A stretch of DNA of 64,000 nucleotides from Octopus vulgaris (GCA_951406725.2 OX597834.1:16244001-16308000), one strand, 5' to 3'; positions 25,242-38,615 are shown, counted from the first letter of the stretch. Notes: generated from the sequence alone by a model not told the origin. A program made the numbers and translations.

Positions 25242-26215
25242 CTCTTTGCAATATCAAACAGCCATATCCAACCCAGCCAGATCCAGCCTCTCACACCAAT
25301 CCTGTAATGTCACTCTAAAAATAAACTATCACATCATTGAAATGTCAAAGCTACGAGATAATGCCTGATTATTTAATTAGCATTCAGATTATTCACAATC
25401 AAAATCAAATTCGATGACTGGCATCCGTGCTAGCAGGGTGTAAAGAGCACTATACGAGTGTGATCGTTGACAGAGTGGCTAACCGTCTTCCGTGCCGGTG
25501 GAACATAAAAAGCACCATTCAAGTGTGATCGTTACCAGCGATGCCTTACTGGCACTTGTGCCCCGTGCTGGTAGGGTGCTAGAGCACCATCTGAGCGTGA
25601 TTGTTGCCAGAGCGGCTAACTGGCTTCCATGCCGGTGACATGTAAAAGGCACCATTTGAGCATGATCGTTACCAGCGTCGCCTTACTGGCACTTGTGCTG
25701 GTGGCACGTGAAAAAACATTCGAGCGAGGTCGGTGCCAGTACCGCCTGACTGACCCCTGTGCCAGTGGCACGTAAAAGCACCCAGTACACTCTCGGAGTG
25801 GTTGGCATTAGGAAGGGCATCCAGCTGTAGAAACTCTGCCAGATCAAGATTGGAGCCTGGTGCAGCCATCTGGTTCACCAGCCCTCAGTCAAATCGTCCA
25901 AACAATGCTAGCATGGAAAGCGGACCTTAAATGATGATGATGATTATTATTATGTCAAATGCAAGGCTTATTTATTCACATTTGGTTTTGAATTAATCAT
26001 ACATTATCTCATAGCTTCAAGATTTCAATGTGATGATTGTTTATTTTTCGGATGACATTGTAGGATATGTGTGAGAAGCTGGATCTGGTCAGTTTGAACA
26101 TGAAACAGGCAGAATATTCTGGCCAGATATGGCTGGTTCAAATGCTAAACAGTTAACTCAAGACAATGGTAATGAATGCAAGCATTATATTTGATAGAAT
26201 AATCTGAACGCAAAA
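25242..26215. mobile_element. TTAA MITE family 2: outer copy containing an inverted inner copy (25377-26152)
   Basis: Outer halves 25242-25372 and 26157-26215 match the MITE at 52494-53050. The inner copy is the reverse complement and is bounded by TTAA at 25373-25376 and 26153-26156. Confidence 0.75.
25397..25950 (+). mobile_element. RTE-derived element with ~6 tandem ~65-bp modules and a (GAT)n tail
   Basis: Repeated gtgccggtggcacgtaaaaagcacc + attcgagcgtgatcgtt units, then ggttggcattaggaagggcatccag..(gat)n. Confidence 0.88.
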
Positions 26216-26243
26216 TTAATATGAAATCTTGATGAATTTAGAG

Positions 26244-27004
26244 CAGTGTCGCTCAGCTATTTTTTCCTATGAGCCTCTTTGATCCCTATTATACACAGAT
26301 GGACACCCCCTAGCCATTTGATATTTTCAAAAATCCAATTATATTTTTATAATTAAGTATTATTAGGAAATGTATCATCATCATCATTGTCGTTTAACGT
26401 CTGCTTTCCATGCTAGCATGGGTTGGACGATTTGACTGAGGACTGGTGAACCAGAAGGCTGCACCAGGCTCAATCTGATCTGGCAAAGTTTCTACAGTTG
26501 GATGTCCTTCCTAACGCCAACCACTCCGAGAGTGTACTGGGTACTTTTACGTGTCACTGGCATAAGGCCCAGTCAGGCAGTTCTGGCAATGACCACGCTC
26601 AAAAGGTGTTTTTTACGTGCTACCTGCGCAGGAACCAGTCCAGCAGCGCTGGCAATGACCACGCTCGAATGTTGTTTTCCACGTGCCACCTGCACATGTG
26701 CCAGTAAGGCAACGATCATGCTCAAATAGTGCTTTTTACGTGTTACCGGCATGGGAGCCAATCCGTGGCCCTGGCAATGATAACACTTGGATGTGCTTTT
26801 AACGTCCCACTGAGATGAGTGCCAATCAGGCAGTACTGTCATCGGCCATGTCAGCGATTTTGATTTGATTTCGTATAAAAATAAAAATTGTCAAAACCTT
26901 TTGTATATGGTTGAAAGTATAACTGATTTATTGTTGATAAACTTTAACAACAAAATCTTATACAGACCCACAAGAGTCATACTGACCCCAGATGAGATCC
27001 ACTG
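26244..27004. mobile_element. hAT-type MITE interrupted by an RTE derivative
   Basis: cagtg...ccactg termini; TSD atttagag / atttaggg; reverse homolog at 40524-40747. Confidence 0.75.
26374..26872 (-). mobile_element. RTE-derived modular element
   Basis: (atc)n tail, tandem gtgcttttacgtgccac modules, 5' end gaaatcaaatcaaaatc on the minus strand. Confidence 0.88.
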
Positions 27005-27469
27005 ATTTAGGGATTTAAAATAGGGAGTTACTTTCAGAGGATCAAAGGGTGAACTAGAAAGGTTGATATTAACCCTTTTGGTCCCACGAACTTGACTCAG
27101 CCAAGTTTTTATTCTCTGAAACAAAATGAATGCTAAAAACTTAAACATGAATGAGACGCAACTATGCCAAAGAAGGGCACAATAGAAAGCTATGCTGTTT
27201 ACAGGCAGCCTTCAACTTTTCCTACCCAAAAGGTTTTATTAACCCAAAATTTCCAAGCTATCATCATATGAGCTCCATTCCCTACATGACCTTTTGTCGA
27301 TACCAGTGCCGTTGCTATCGTGCCTCAAGCCCCAAAGGCACTGCAACCACCACCACCACCATCTGTATGCACATGATCACAACCTCATAAACATCAAACC
27401 CAGTGCTAACTCACATACCACATCACACCCAGTCCATATACATACATACACACATACATATATACATAT

Positions 27470-27626
27470 ATATGTATGTATGTATGTATATATATATTAA
27501 TTTATATTTATATATATTTATACGTATGTATATTTATAAAATATAAAAATATGTATGTATGTATATATATTAATTTATATTTATATACATTTATACGTAT
27601 GTATATTTATAAAATATAAAAATATG

Positions 27627-27658
<32 letters not shown>

Positions 27659-27984
27659 AATTTATATTAATTTATATTTATATATATTTTTACATATGTA
27701 TATTTATAAAATATAAAAATATGTACATATGTATATATATATAAATTTATATTTATATATATTTATACGTATGTATATATATGAAATATAAAAATATGTA
27801 TGTATGTATATATATATATATATATATATTAATTTATATTTATATATATTTATACGTATGTATATTTATAAAATATAAAAATATGCATGTATGTATATAT
27901 ATATATAAATCCTTAAATCCTTAAAAAATATATATAATTTATATATATTTATACATATGTATATTTATAAAATATAAAAATATG

Positions 27985-28027
<43 letters not shown>

Positions 28028-28068
28028 ATATTTATATATATATTTATACGTATATCTATTTATAAAAT
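27470..28068. repeat. AT-rich minisatellite, unit ~75-95 bp, ~7 copies
   Basis: Recurrent aatttatatttatatatatttatacgtatgtatatttataaaatataaaaatatg. Confidence 0.9.
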
Positions 28069-28540
28069 GAAAGCTAATGAGACAAGTTTCAAAGCAAAAT
28101 ATCAAATAAATCCATGAGATATCAGAATTCGGATTTTTACTGGAATTTAAAAAAAAAAAAAAAAAAAAAAAAAGAAGTACTTTTCACATTTGACATTACC
28201 CATGGAAAAATATATATATTCTATAGTTATGATTGCTATCATCGTTATCTTTATCATCATCATTATTATTATTGTTATTATTATTATAATTACTATTATT
28301 ATTATTATTGTTTGCAGGATTTTCCCTTTCACATTTTTCTTCAACTTTAAAAAGTTTTGAGTTCGGGTTTTTTCTTTTTTCTTTCTTTTTTTCTTCCTTC
28401 TTTTTTTATCCAAGAAAAGTAAATATGGTTTTTCATTAAGATACGTATGTCGTTTGAATACAGATAATTGTTGTTATGCATAGATAAACACATTCATATA
28501 TGGGTATATATGTATGTATCAATGCGTATGCATGCTTGTG

Positions 28541-28582
<42 letters not shown>

Positions 28583-28595
28583 TAGATAGATAGAT

Positions 28596-28710
<115 letters not shown>

Positions 28711-29156
28711 CACACACATGAATATGTGTGTGTGTGTGTATATATTTGCACACACACATGAATTTGTATGCAAGTATGTATACGTACAGAGGCAAACTTA
28801 TCGACACAAGTTTTCATATACCTCTATCCAAATATACATGTTTGTACAATCATGGATATACAAGCAAATACACACACACACACACACAGAGACACACATG
28901 TATATATATACACATGCACATACATACATGTGTGTGAGCGCACAGGCACATGCGTGCGTATGTGTTTCTGTAGATAAAGCAGTAGTCTAGCTTTGGGCAT
29001 ATATATATATGCATGCATACATACATGTACCAAGGTGTGTGTGTGTGTGTGGTGTATGAATGTATACATGTACCTTGGTGTTCCCAGGTATATATATATC
29101 ATCCTTAATGGAGATGCATGTACCTCTATACATGTTTGCTTAAGGATGGATACATG

Positions 29157-29188
<32 letters not shown>

Positions 29189-29195
29189 TGCTGTT

Positions 29196-29250
<55 letters not shown>

Positions 29251-30131
29251 TGTGTACAATCTACACCCAGGTATGTCTACATGCATGTAATTATACAGAA
29301 ACATTTGTGTATAACTGTAGAACATATGAACACAAACATACAAGACACACACATATACACACACACACGTAAGTATATGCAGCATCTACACACAGGCTCG
29401 CATACAGTTATCCACACAAACATCCATATTTAAAACATAGCACATGCATACACACACATACATACGTACGTACGTATATATGCATGTGTACACATGTACA
29501 TGTATGTAGTTTTGTAATTTGAAGAAGAGAAGGAAAATTAAAGACTTTGGAGCTATTTCCAGCAGAGATATGATCTAACATTGATGTAAATGTCATTTCA
29601 TAACAACAACAATAACAACAACCACAACAATACCAGCAACAATAAAAATAATAACAACAATTATTTTGTACGTATTGTATTTTGTGGATTATTCAGAATA
29701 TAAGATTTAACAAAGGTAAATTAAACATGAAGAAGGAAAAAACTTCAACAAATTAAACACACACGACACACACATACACACAATTAATTCTGCATACTCA
29801 ACCAAAGTTGAAACTTAAACTTGAGATGAATTAAGTCATTATAACTATGTTTCCTTCGTATAAGCAATCATGTGACTTTGGCTTCTGTTTTTTTTTTTTC
29901 CAGCTTAGTTAAAGGAGAACGATAGCTTCTATAACCTTCCAAAGCCAGTGCAGGGAGGGGGAAAAAAATAATAAACCAGGACTAGTAGGATCGTCTCAGA
30001 TACAAGAGCTTGATCTGATCTGAATGCCTGCAGTAGAGGAAGTCCATACTGAAGACACACCAAATGCTAGCTGATAATGTTAAACTAAATGACAAAATTA
30101 AATCTACCATATGACCCCTGCTACTATTACA

Positions 30132-30169
<38 letters not shown>

Positions 30170-30275
30170 AAGGGCTAGTCTTTGCTGCAGTGTGATGGCG
30201 TGTATGCCCCAATAACTTTGAGAGCTATGCCAGCAGAGCAGAAGCACCTATTAGAACTGTGGTTCTCAACTCACA

Positions 30276-30525
30276 AGGCTTAGTGGTGAAGCTGTTAGAC
30301 TCATGATGGTATGATTGAAGTTTTGATTCCTGGACCAGGCAAAGCGTTATGTTCTTGAACAAGAAACTTCATTTCCTGTTGCTCCAGTCTGTTCAGCTGG
30401 CAAAAATGAGTAATCTTGTGATAGACTAGCACCCCGTCCAGGTGGGGAATTTGCACACCATTGAAACTGGAAAACTGGCCCTTATGAGTCAACAAGACTC
30501 GAGAAGGTAACTTCACTTTTATTTT
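30276..30525 (+). mobile_element. tRNA-headed CORE-like SINE with an alternative tail
   Basis: ggcttagtggt (A box), ttttgattcc (B box), ttcttgaacaagaaacttcatttc core, tail gatagactagcaccccgtccagg. Confidence 0.7.
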
Positions 30526-31061
30526 TACTTACAAGATTTTGGTCAGTCTGGGACTACAGTAGAAGACACTTGCCCAAGGTGCCATGCAGTGGGACTGAAC
30601 CTGGAACCATGTGGTTGGGAAGCGAACTTCTTACCACACAGCCATGCCAATACAAAAATAAAATAACATATTTCGGTATATTAGTCGCATAACTTGGAGA
30701 TGGGGAGGATGCATTTTTCTAACTTAAATGGATGATTTATCAAAACTCTTCAGCTCCTTAAGCAATTCTCTCAATGCCAGCGATGCAGATTCACAGCAAG
30801 TGCATGTAATATGGTTATCATGTATCAATACATTGTGTTGAATAATTACATGAAACTAAAACAAGCAATACTATTTCTATTCTTTATATAATGAGAGATA
30901 AGTAAAATTCAATAAACAATGCTACTTCCATACTTGTTCATTTCTCATTGGCTAATCTTTTAACATTGTAATTAATTGCTACTTATAAAACACTAATGCA
31001 CACGCAAGTACACCAACATACACACACCTACTTATATATACACATACATATATATATATAC

Positions 31062-31096
<35 letters not shown>

Positions 31097-31181
31097 CATA
31101 CACACATGCATATGCATACATATATACATGCATATATAAAGACAAATACATATATATATATACATACACATGCATAAACAC

Positions 31182-31212
<31 letters not shown>

Positions 31213-31268
31213 AATACATACATACACAAAATACATACACACATATAATGTAATTACACAGAAAGCAC

Positions 31269-31311
<43 letters not shown>

Positions 31312-31408
31312 CAGACATAAACATATATATATATATAGACATATACATACATATATATAGACATATACATACATATATATAGACATATACATACATATAT
31401 ATAGACAT

Positions 31409-31452
<44 letters not shown>

Positions 31453-31631
31453 CGCACACACACACATAAATATGCATATTTATAGATATACATACTATAC
31501 ACACACAGACACACACACATATATATATATATAGGCTAATGAGCTCTAAGAATTCACAAATCTATGAACACACAAACGCATGTACATTCAGATTATTCAA
31601 CAACCACCACTTATTGAAACTACTACCACCA

Positions 31632-31662
<31 letters not shown>

Positions 31663-32317
31663 ACCTATTACTACTACTATTATTAATTCTTCATGAGCAA
31701 TAAAAAAAATATTGCCATGAAGACAAATTAAATAGAATAAGAAATATAGAAAAAAAAAATGGAACTTGAAAATGCAACACTAATCATAAAATGCACTCAC
31801 ATACACATACATGTACATAAACAGACATAAATACATATACACACACACACACGCGCATGGAATCAAAAAACAAAACATGCCACCAATCAAAACATTGTTT
31901 TATTTCACCATGTTTACATCTAATCACTCCTCGAACGCTCCTTCCACGCCACCACCCAATGAAATTTAATAAAACAAAGTAAAACAAATCGCGCACATGT
32001 ACATACATACATGTACATACACGTGACGCACATGCACGCATACATAGATACATACATACATATACACATACATACAATGCTTTGCTCGATTGCTCTGCCA
32101 AGCTGATTGCAACTGTGTTCTGTGTTCTATTAGATGGAGCTGAGCACTGGAACATTTCTACCCTACATACCTAGAAATGTAGACCATACTTCATTGCAGT
32201 GCAAACAATATGATGTTTGAGCAAGGTTTTTCTTCAATATATAAATATACATAGACATTAACTACTCCCAGGTTATGAATACAAAACAACTGCATCCCTC
32301 TGCCAAGCCGTGTCAAG

Positions 32318-32771
32318 CCAGTGTGGGCAGGGTAGACTCATCAAACCAGTGTGGGCAGGGTAGACTCATCAAACAAGTGTGGGCAGAGTAGACTCATCAA
32401 ACCAGTGTGGGCAGAGTAGACTCATCAAACCAGTGTGGGCAGAGTAGACTCGTCAAGCCAGTGTGGGCAGAGTAGACTCATCAAACCAGTGTGGGCCAAG
32501 TAGACTTATCAAACCAGTGTGGGCAAAGTAGACTTATCAAACCAGTATGGGCAGGGTAGACTCATCAAACCAGTGTGGGCAGGGTAGACTCATCAAACCA
32601 GTGTGGGCAGGGTAGACTCATCAAACCAGTGTGGGCAAAGTAGACTCATCAAACCAGTGTGGGCAGGGTAGACTTATCAAACCAGTATGGGCAGGGTAGA
32701 CTCATCAAACCAGTGTGGGCAGAGTAGACTCATCAAACCAGTGTGGGCAAAGTAGACTCGTCAAACCAGTA
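32318..32771. repeat. 28-bp minisatellite, 16 copies
   Basis: Unit ccagtgtgggcag(g/a)gtagactcatcaaa with exact period 28 and no spacers. Confidence 0.97.
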
Positions 32772-32855
32772 TGATCCCAAGCCATTTTCTGGTGGCGATA
32801 ACCTGCTGAGGCCCTCATCCTGCAGTAGACTGAACACAGGCAACCCAATAGAATA

Positions 32856-33188
32856 CATCATCATCATCATCATCGTTTAATGTCAGTTTCCATGCTAGCA
32901 TGGGTTGGACGATTTGACTGAGGGCTGGCAAACCAGATGGCTGCACCAGGCTCCAATCTTGATCTGGCAGATTTTCTACAGCTGGATGCCCTTCCTAATG
33001 TCAACCACTCTGAGAGTGTAGTGGGTGCTTTTACATACCACCGGCACGGGGGCCAGTCAGGCGGTACTGGCAACGACCTCGTTCGAATGTTTTTTCACGT
33101 GCCACCTGCACAAGTGCCAGTAAGGCGACGCTGGTAACAATCACACTCGAATGGTGCCTTTTACACGCCACTGGCACGGAAGCCAGTT
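32856..33188 (-). mobile_element. RTE-derived modular element
   Basis: Nearly the reverse complement of 25620-25945. Confidence 0.88.
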
Positions 33189-33212
33189 AGATACATATCA
33201 TCGTTGTTTTAG

Positions 33213-33387
33213 CCCTTTATAGCATTGAGATTGGCCTCTTAAATGCTATGCTTATTTATTCAGGCTGTTTTGAGCTATTCATACAATGGCATTGTAGAGT
33301 AAGGTTTGAAAGACCAGATTTCATCAGTCTGACCGTAAAAGAGGTTGAATATTTTGGCCAGACATGGCAAGTTTAAATGCTACATGG
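33213..33387. mobile_element. TTAA MITE family 2, internally deleted copy
   Basis: ccctttatagcatt..gcttatttattc..gaatattttggccagacatgg..aaatgctacatgg followed by TTAA. Confidence 0.7.
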
Positions 33388-33403
33388 TTAATGTCCACTT
33401 AGC

Positions 33404-33717
33404 GAAGACGCGCGGCTTAATCGTTAGGGTATTCGGCTCACAACACATCATCGTGAGTTCACACCCCGGTGACGCATTATGTCCTTGAGCAAGACACTTT
33501 ATTTCACATTGCTCCAGTGTACTCAGCTGGCAAAAACGAATAGCACCTGGATGTCAAAGGGCCAGCCTCATCACATTCTCTGTTACACTGAATCTCCCTC
33601 AGAACTACATTCAGTGTACCCATGTTTGTGGAACGCTCAGCCACGTGTACGTTAATTTCAGAAGCAGACGGTTCCATTGATTGGATCAACTAGAGCCCTC
33701 ATCGTTGTAACCAGTGC
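33404..33717 (+). mobile_element. tRNA-headed CORE-like SINE with a family D tail
   Basis: gtccttgagcaagacactttatttcacattgctccag core; tail collinear with 52693-53021. Confidence 0.85.
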
Positions 33718-33749
33718 AATATCAGTTATATAGTTTGTATCCGATTTCA

Positions 33750-33992
33750 CAGAAACTGAAAGAAACTTGTCATATGTGTGTGTGTGTGTGTGTGGATTGC
33801 TGTGTTTGTCCCCCCAACATTGCTTGACAACTGATGCTGGTGTGTTTACATCCCCATAACCAAGCAGTTCAGCAAAAGGGACCGATAGAATAAGTACTAG
33901 GCTTACAAAGAATAAGTCCTGGGGTCAATTTGCTTGACTGAAGGTGGTGCTCCAGCGTGGCCGCAGTCAAATGACTGAAACAAGTAAAAGAG
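33750..33992 (+). mobile_element. SINE family A, 5' truncated
   Basis: gaaactgaaagaaac..ttgcttgacaactgatgctgg..gactgaaacaagtaaaagag. Confidence 0.88.
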
Positions 33993-34072
33993 TATGTGTG
34001 TGTTAATGCAGTTGAAACAATCATTGGATTTCTAAGATATGATCTAATCTAAAGGTATGATTTTCTTCATAT

Positions 34073-34339
34073 GCCAGCCTCACCTGCCACCTGTGCCGGT
34101 GGCACATAAAAAGCACCATCCGATCGTGGCCATTTGCCAGCCTCACCTGCCACCTGTGCCGGTGGCACATAAAAAGCACCCACTACACTCACGGAGTGGT
34201 TGGCGTTAGGAAGGGCATCCAGCTGTAGAAACACTGCCAGATCAGACTGGAGCCTGGTGCAGCTTCCATGGCTTCTCAAACCCCAGTCGAACCGTCCAAC
34301 CCATGCTAGCATGGAAAACGGACATTAGATGATGATGAT
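34073..34339 (+). mobile_element. RTE-derived element with two 62-bp modules
   Basis: gccagcctcacctgccacctgtgccggtggcacataaaaagcacc occurs twice, then the standard tail. Confidence 0.88.
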
Positions 34340-34375
34340 ATTATTGATTATGTTATATATATATATATATATATA

Positions 34376-34416
<41 letters not shown>

Positions 34417-34774
34417 TCATATTGTGTGCTATGTAGAGCACAACATATAATCAATGTTCAGAATTGTTTCCTTTACAATTTGAAAAATCTTTTTGTGAAA
34501 AGCAGCTGAAAAACTTTAACAAATGTTTTGTTCATTTCATTGTTCTCCATGCTATTCAAAATGCATTATATACGCAATGTTTTGCAGTATTTTATCCATT
34601 CTTATGTTCCGAATTCAGATTCTGCAGAGATCAACATTTGGGGTTTTAAAAAAGTAAGTACCAGTCAAGCACTGGAGGTTGATGAAAATGACGAGACCCC
34701 TCCCCAAAAAAATTTTCAGGGCATGTGCCTATAAGAGGATTATTTATTACTATTATTAATATTAACAATAATAA

Positions 34775-34972
34775 GGCAGTGAGCTGACATGCATTAGCAT
34801 GCCAGGCGAAATTCTTCGTGGTCTTTTGCCCGTTGCTATATTCTGAGTTCAAATTCTACCAAGGTCGACTTTGCCTTTCATCCTTTCAGAGCTGATGAAA
34901 TAAATACCAGTTGAATACTGAGGTCGATATGATCGACTGTACCCTACCCCACAAAATCCAGGCCTAGAAGAA

Positions 34973-35016
<44 letters not shown>

Positions 35017-35215
35017 GAAGGCGGCAAGCTGGTAGAATTGTTAGCAAAACGCTTAACGATATTTTGTCCATCTTCACATTCTGAGTTGAAATTCCGCCAA
35101 GGTCGACTTTGCCTTTCATCTTTTCGGGGTCAATAAATTAAGTACCAATGGAACACTGGGGTCAAGTAATTGACTAGTCCCCTCCCCCAAATTTCAGGCC
35201 TTGTGCCTATAGTAA
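34775..35215 (+). mobile_element. Two adjacent SINE family B copies separated by (TTA)n
   Basis: Heads at 34775 and 35020, each with ttctgagtt(c/g)aaatt and ggtcgactttgcctttcatc. Confidence 0.85.
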
Positions 35216-35301
35216 GAAGAAGAAGAAGAAGAATGATTGCTATCATTATTAATCTAGGTGGAGATGGCACTGATGTTATGAGCAGCTGAGGTATTCATTA
35301 T

Positions 35302-35875
35302 TCATCATCATCATCATCATTATCGTTTAACGTCCGTTCTCTATGCTAGCATGGGTTGGACGGTTCGACCGGGGTCTGGGAAGCCATGGCGGCTGCACCA
35401 GGCTCCAGTCTAATCTGGCAGTGTTTCTCCAGCTGGATGCCCTTCCTAACGCCAACCACTCCGTGAGTGTAGTGGGTGCTTTTTATGTGCCACCTGCACA
35501 GGTGCCAGGCGGGGCTGGCAACGGCCACGATCGGATTGGTGCATTTTACATGCCACCGGCACGGAAGCCAGTCTAGGCGGCGCTGGCATCGGCCACGATT
35601 CGGATAGCGCTTTTTATGTGCCACCGGCACGGAAGCCAGTCTAGGCGGCGCTGGCATCTGCCACCTTCGGATGGTGCTGTTTATGTGCCACCGGCTCAGG
35701 GATCACAACTGCAGTTTTCATTGAATTAGACGTTGGTGTACTTGACTCAATGGATCTCCTCAAGCACAGGGTCGAAATGGTGTTTCTTCACTTGCCACCT
35801 GCAACGGAGTCAGTCCAGCGGTCCTGGCAACTGCCGAGTGCCAGTCATAGGATTGGTTCGATTTCAATTTCGATT
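35302..35875 (-). mobile_element. RTE-derived modular element
   Basis: (cat)n tail, several ~65-bp tgccaccggcac modules, 5' aatcgaaattgaaatcg on the minus strand. Confidence 0.88.
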
Positions 35876-36464
35876 ATTTATTATTATTATTATTATTATC
35901 CTAATTTTAAAAACCACCATTATGATTATTACCAGCATCATCTTTGTTAACATAGCTTTTATATTACGAGTGCATATGTAAGCATTATATTATTATACAA
36001 CAGGAATAATAAAAAACAAATATAAAGAGGACCGTTAAAATATAAACAAAAAAATAACATTACAAAATAGAAGAAAAAATATATAAGAAAGAAATTTTTT
36101 TTTTTTAAAAAAGTAGGTTAATGCATTTAAAAAAATTTGAAGAATAGGTAAAAAGAAAAATCATCAACGAGAAAAATGAGTTTTTAGGATGTTTTTTTAC
36201 CTTTGCTCAAAAGTAAATGTATTGTTAAGGGAGTTTTTTTAGTTGCTTGTTTTGTTTATTTTCTGTTTTCAGAAAAAAGTAAAAAAAAAAACAAATGAAA
36301 AAAGTGGGAAAACATTTGAGGTAATTATTTATTGTTGTATAAGTCATAAGCTTCTTGCATGCAAACTCCAGTGCATGCATACATATTGCATGTGTGCATA
36401 TGAGCATGCATATGTACATACGCACACACAAACGTAGATGCATACACATAAATACACATTTTAT

Positions 36465-36642
36465 ACCTATATATATATATATATATATCATTAGCATCAT
36501 ATATATATATATATATACATACATACATATATAAGTACATACATATATATATATATATATACATACATACATACGTATATAAATACATACATATACATAA
36601 ATATACATATATATATATATATATACATACATACATAAATAA

Positions 36643-36683
<41 letters not shown>

Positions 36684-36748
36684 CATATATAAATACATAC
36701 ATATATATACATAAATATACATATATAAATACATATATATATACATAA

Positions 36749-36788
<40 letters not shown>

Positions 36789-37032
36789 ATATACATATAT
36801 ATATATACATACATATACATATATATATACATACATACATATACATATATATATATATATACATACATGTACATATATATCCATACATATACACACATAT
36901 ATATATATATATACATACATGTACATATATATATCCATACATATACACACATATATATATATACATACATGTACATATATATCCATACATATACACACAT
37001 ATATATATGTACATATATATACATACATATAT

Positions 37033-37130
<98 letters not shown>
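36465..37130. repeat. Compound (TA)/(CATA) microsatellite
   Basis: Direct reading. Confidence 0.95.
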
Positions 37131-37131
<1 letters not shown>

Positions 37132-37308
37132 TTAATATCAACATGCCTAAGTATAATTATGTATGTGCATGCAACATGTTGATGGATGGATATAATCATA
37201 TACATACATACACACAAATACAGAAGTACATTCACACACACACACACACAAATATAATAGTGTATGTCAACAGACAGATGAGTGAATAGATAAACAAATA
37301 TATTTATC

Positions 37309-37358
<50 letters not shown>

Positions 37359-37361
<3 letters not shown>

Positions 37362-37564
37362 GTGACCTCATGTGTACCGTTGACGATTTTTTTCCTCTGT
37401 CTTCCCTTCTCTGGATCTTTCCTTCTCCTATGTTTCCGACGAAGAGCTCCGCTCGAAACGTTGAACCCTCCATCTTTCCTTCTTTCCTGAGCGCCCAATA
37501 ATACTATATTTGTTCCACGTCCTCGCGTTGTTGTGTTTTTTTTTGTGTTTTCTTGTTTGGATTA

Positions 37565-37568
<4 letters not shown>
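37359..37568 (+). mobile_element. Short (TA)n-embedded element with a minimal hammerhead-like motif (Penelope pseudo-LTR / retrozyme-like)
   Basis: gttt-ccgacga-a-gagc-tcc-gctc-gaaa-cgtt-gaac at 37432-37466; (TA)n on both sides; homologs at 15546 and 54060. Confidence 0.6.
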
Positions 37569-37607
<39 letters not shown>

Positions 37608-37983
37608 GCACACATTTATACATACATATATATAAATTATGTGTGTAGATGGACGGACAGATGGACAAACAGACAGACACACACACACAGATGGCGGGAT
37701 GGATAAATAATATGAATATATATGTGGGTGTGCATGTATATACACATAAGTAGATAAGTATGCATAAATATATCTGTAAATATAAATATAAATATCATGC
37801 ATACATACATACATTCTCACATGCACAAAGAACATTTCAAGTTCCTGTCTCTCAAAAATATATTTGAAGGCTGTTCAAAATGTGTTTGTGTCAAGACAGT
37901 GACAAGACAAGGTCGGCTGATGAAAAATCCTGCATGAAATGTATGTATGGTTATATATTGTGTCTTAGACAAACACACAGATG

Positions 37984-38022
<39 letters not shown>

Positions 38023-38615
38023 TCAAGCACATGCCTATTCGCACACACTTTCACACAGCTGCACATGATCTCAAATACTTACACATGCGCACACATACAC
38101 ACACAGTACATGGAAATGCATAGAACAATTAACAAGTACATATACACATATATATATATACACGTACAATTATATGCATGTATGTATGTATATAAATGTG
38201 TGTTCAAATGTGTATAGGTGTTTGGGTAGTTGAAAATATAAGCATATTCGGATACACACCCCACCTCCAAATACATGTGTATGTGTGCATGTATGCACGT
38301 TTGGGTATGTGTAAATAGGCTGTACTTTATATACACACACATACACATATATCTATATATAAATATATATATATACATACATACATACACATATGTATAT
38401 AAATACACATGCATATACACACACACACATATATATATACATACACATGCCTATATCCATACATACATATATATATATATATATATAAAATATGGTTATC
38501 CGTAATAATGAAGGGTGAAATTAATTAATTTGGAATAATTATCAATTACACCAAGTAGTCTTCGGCATGTAAAAGATGTGGTAAGGCAATTCGTTGCCAA
38601 ACCCTTTATTGCTTA

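Noticed and set aside
29885-30095. Strong polypyrimidine acceptor (t)n-ccag suggesting an exon
   Set aside because: All three frames hit stops within a few codons; at most a non-coding exon, which sequence alone cannot support.
32318-32771. CRISPR-like regular 28-bp repeats
   Set aside because: Units abut with no unique spacers, there are no cas genes, and the context is eukaryotic.
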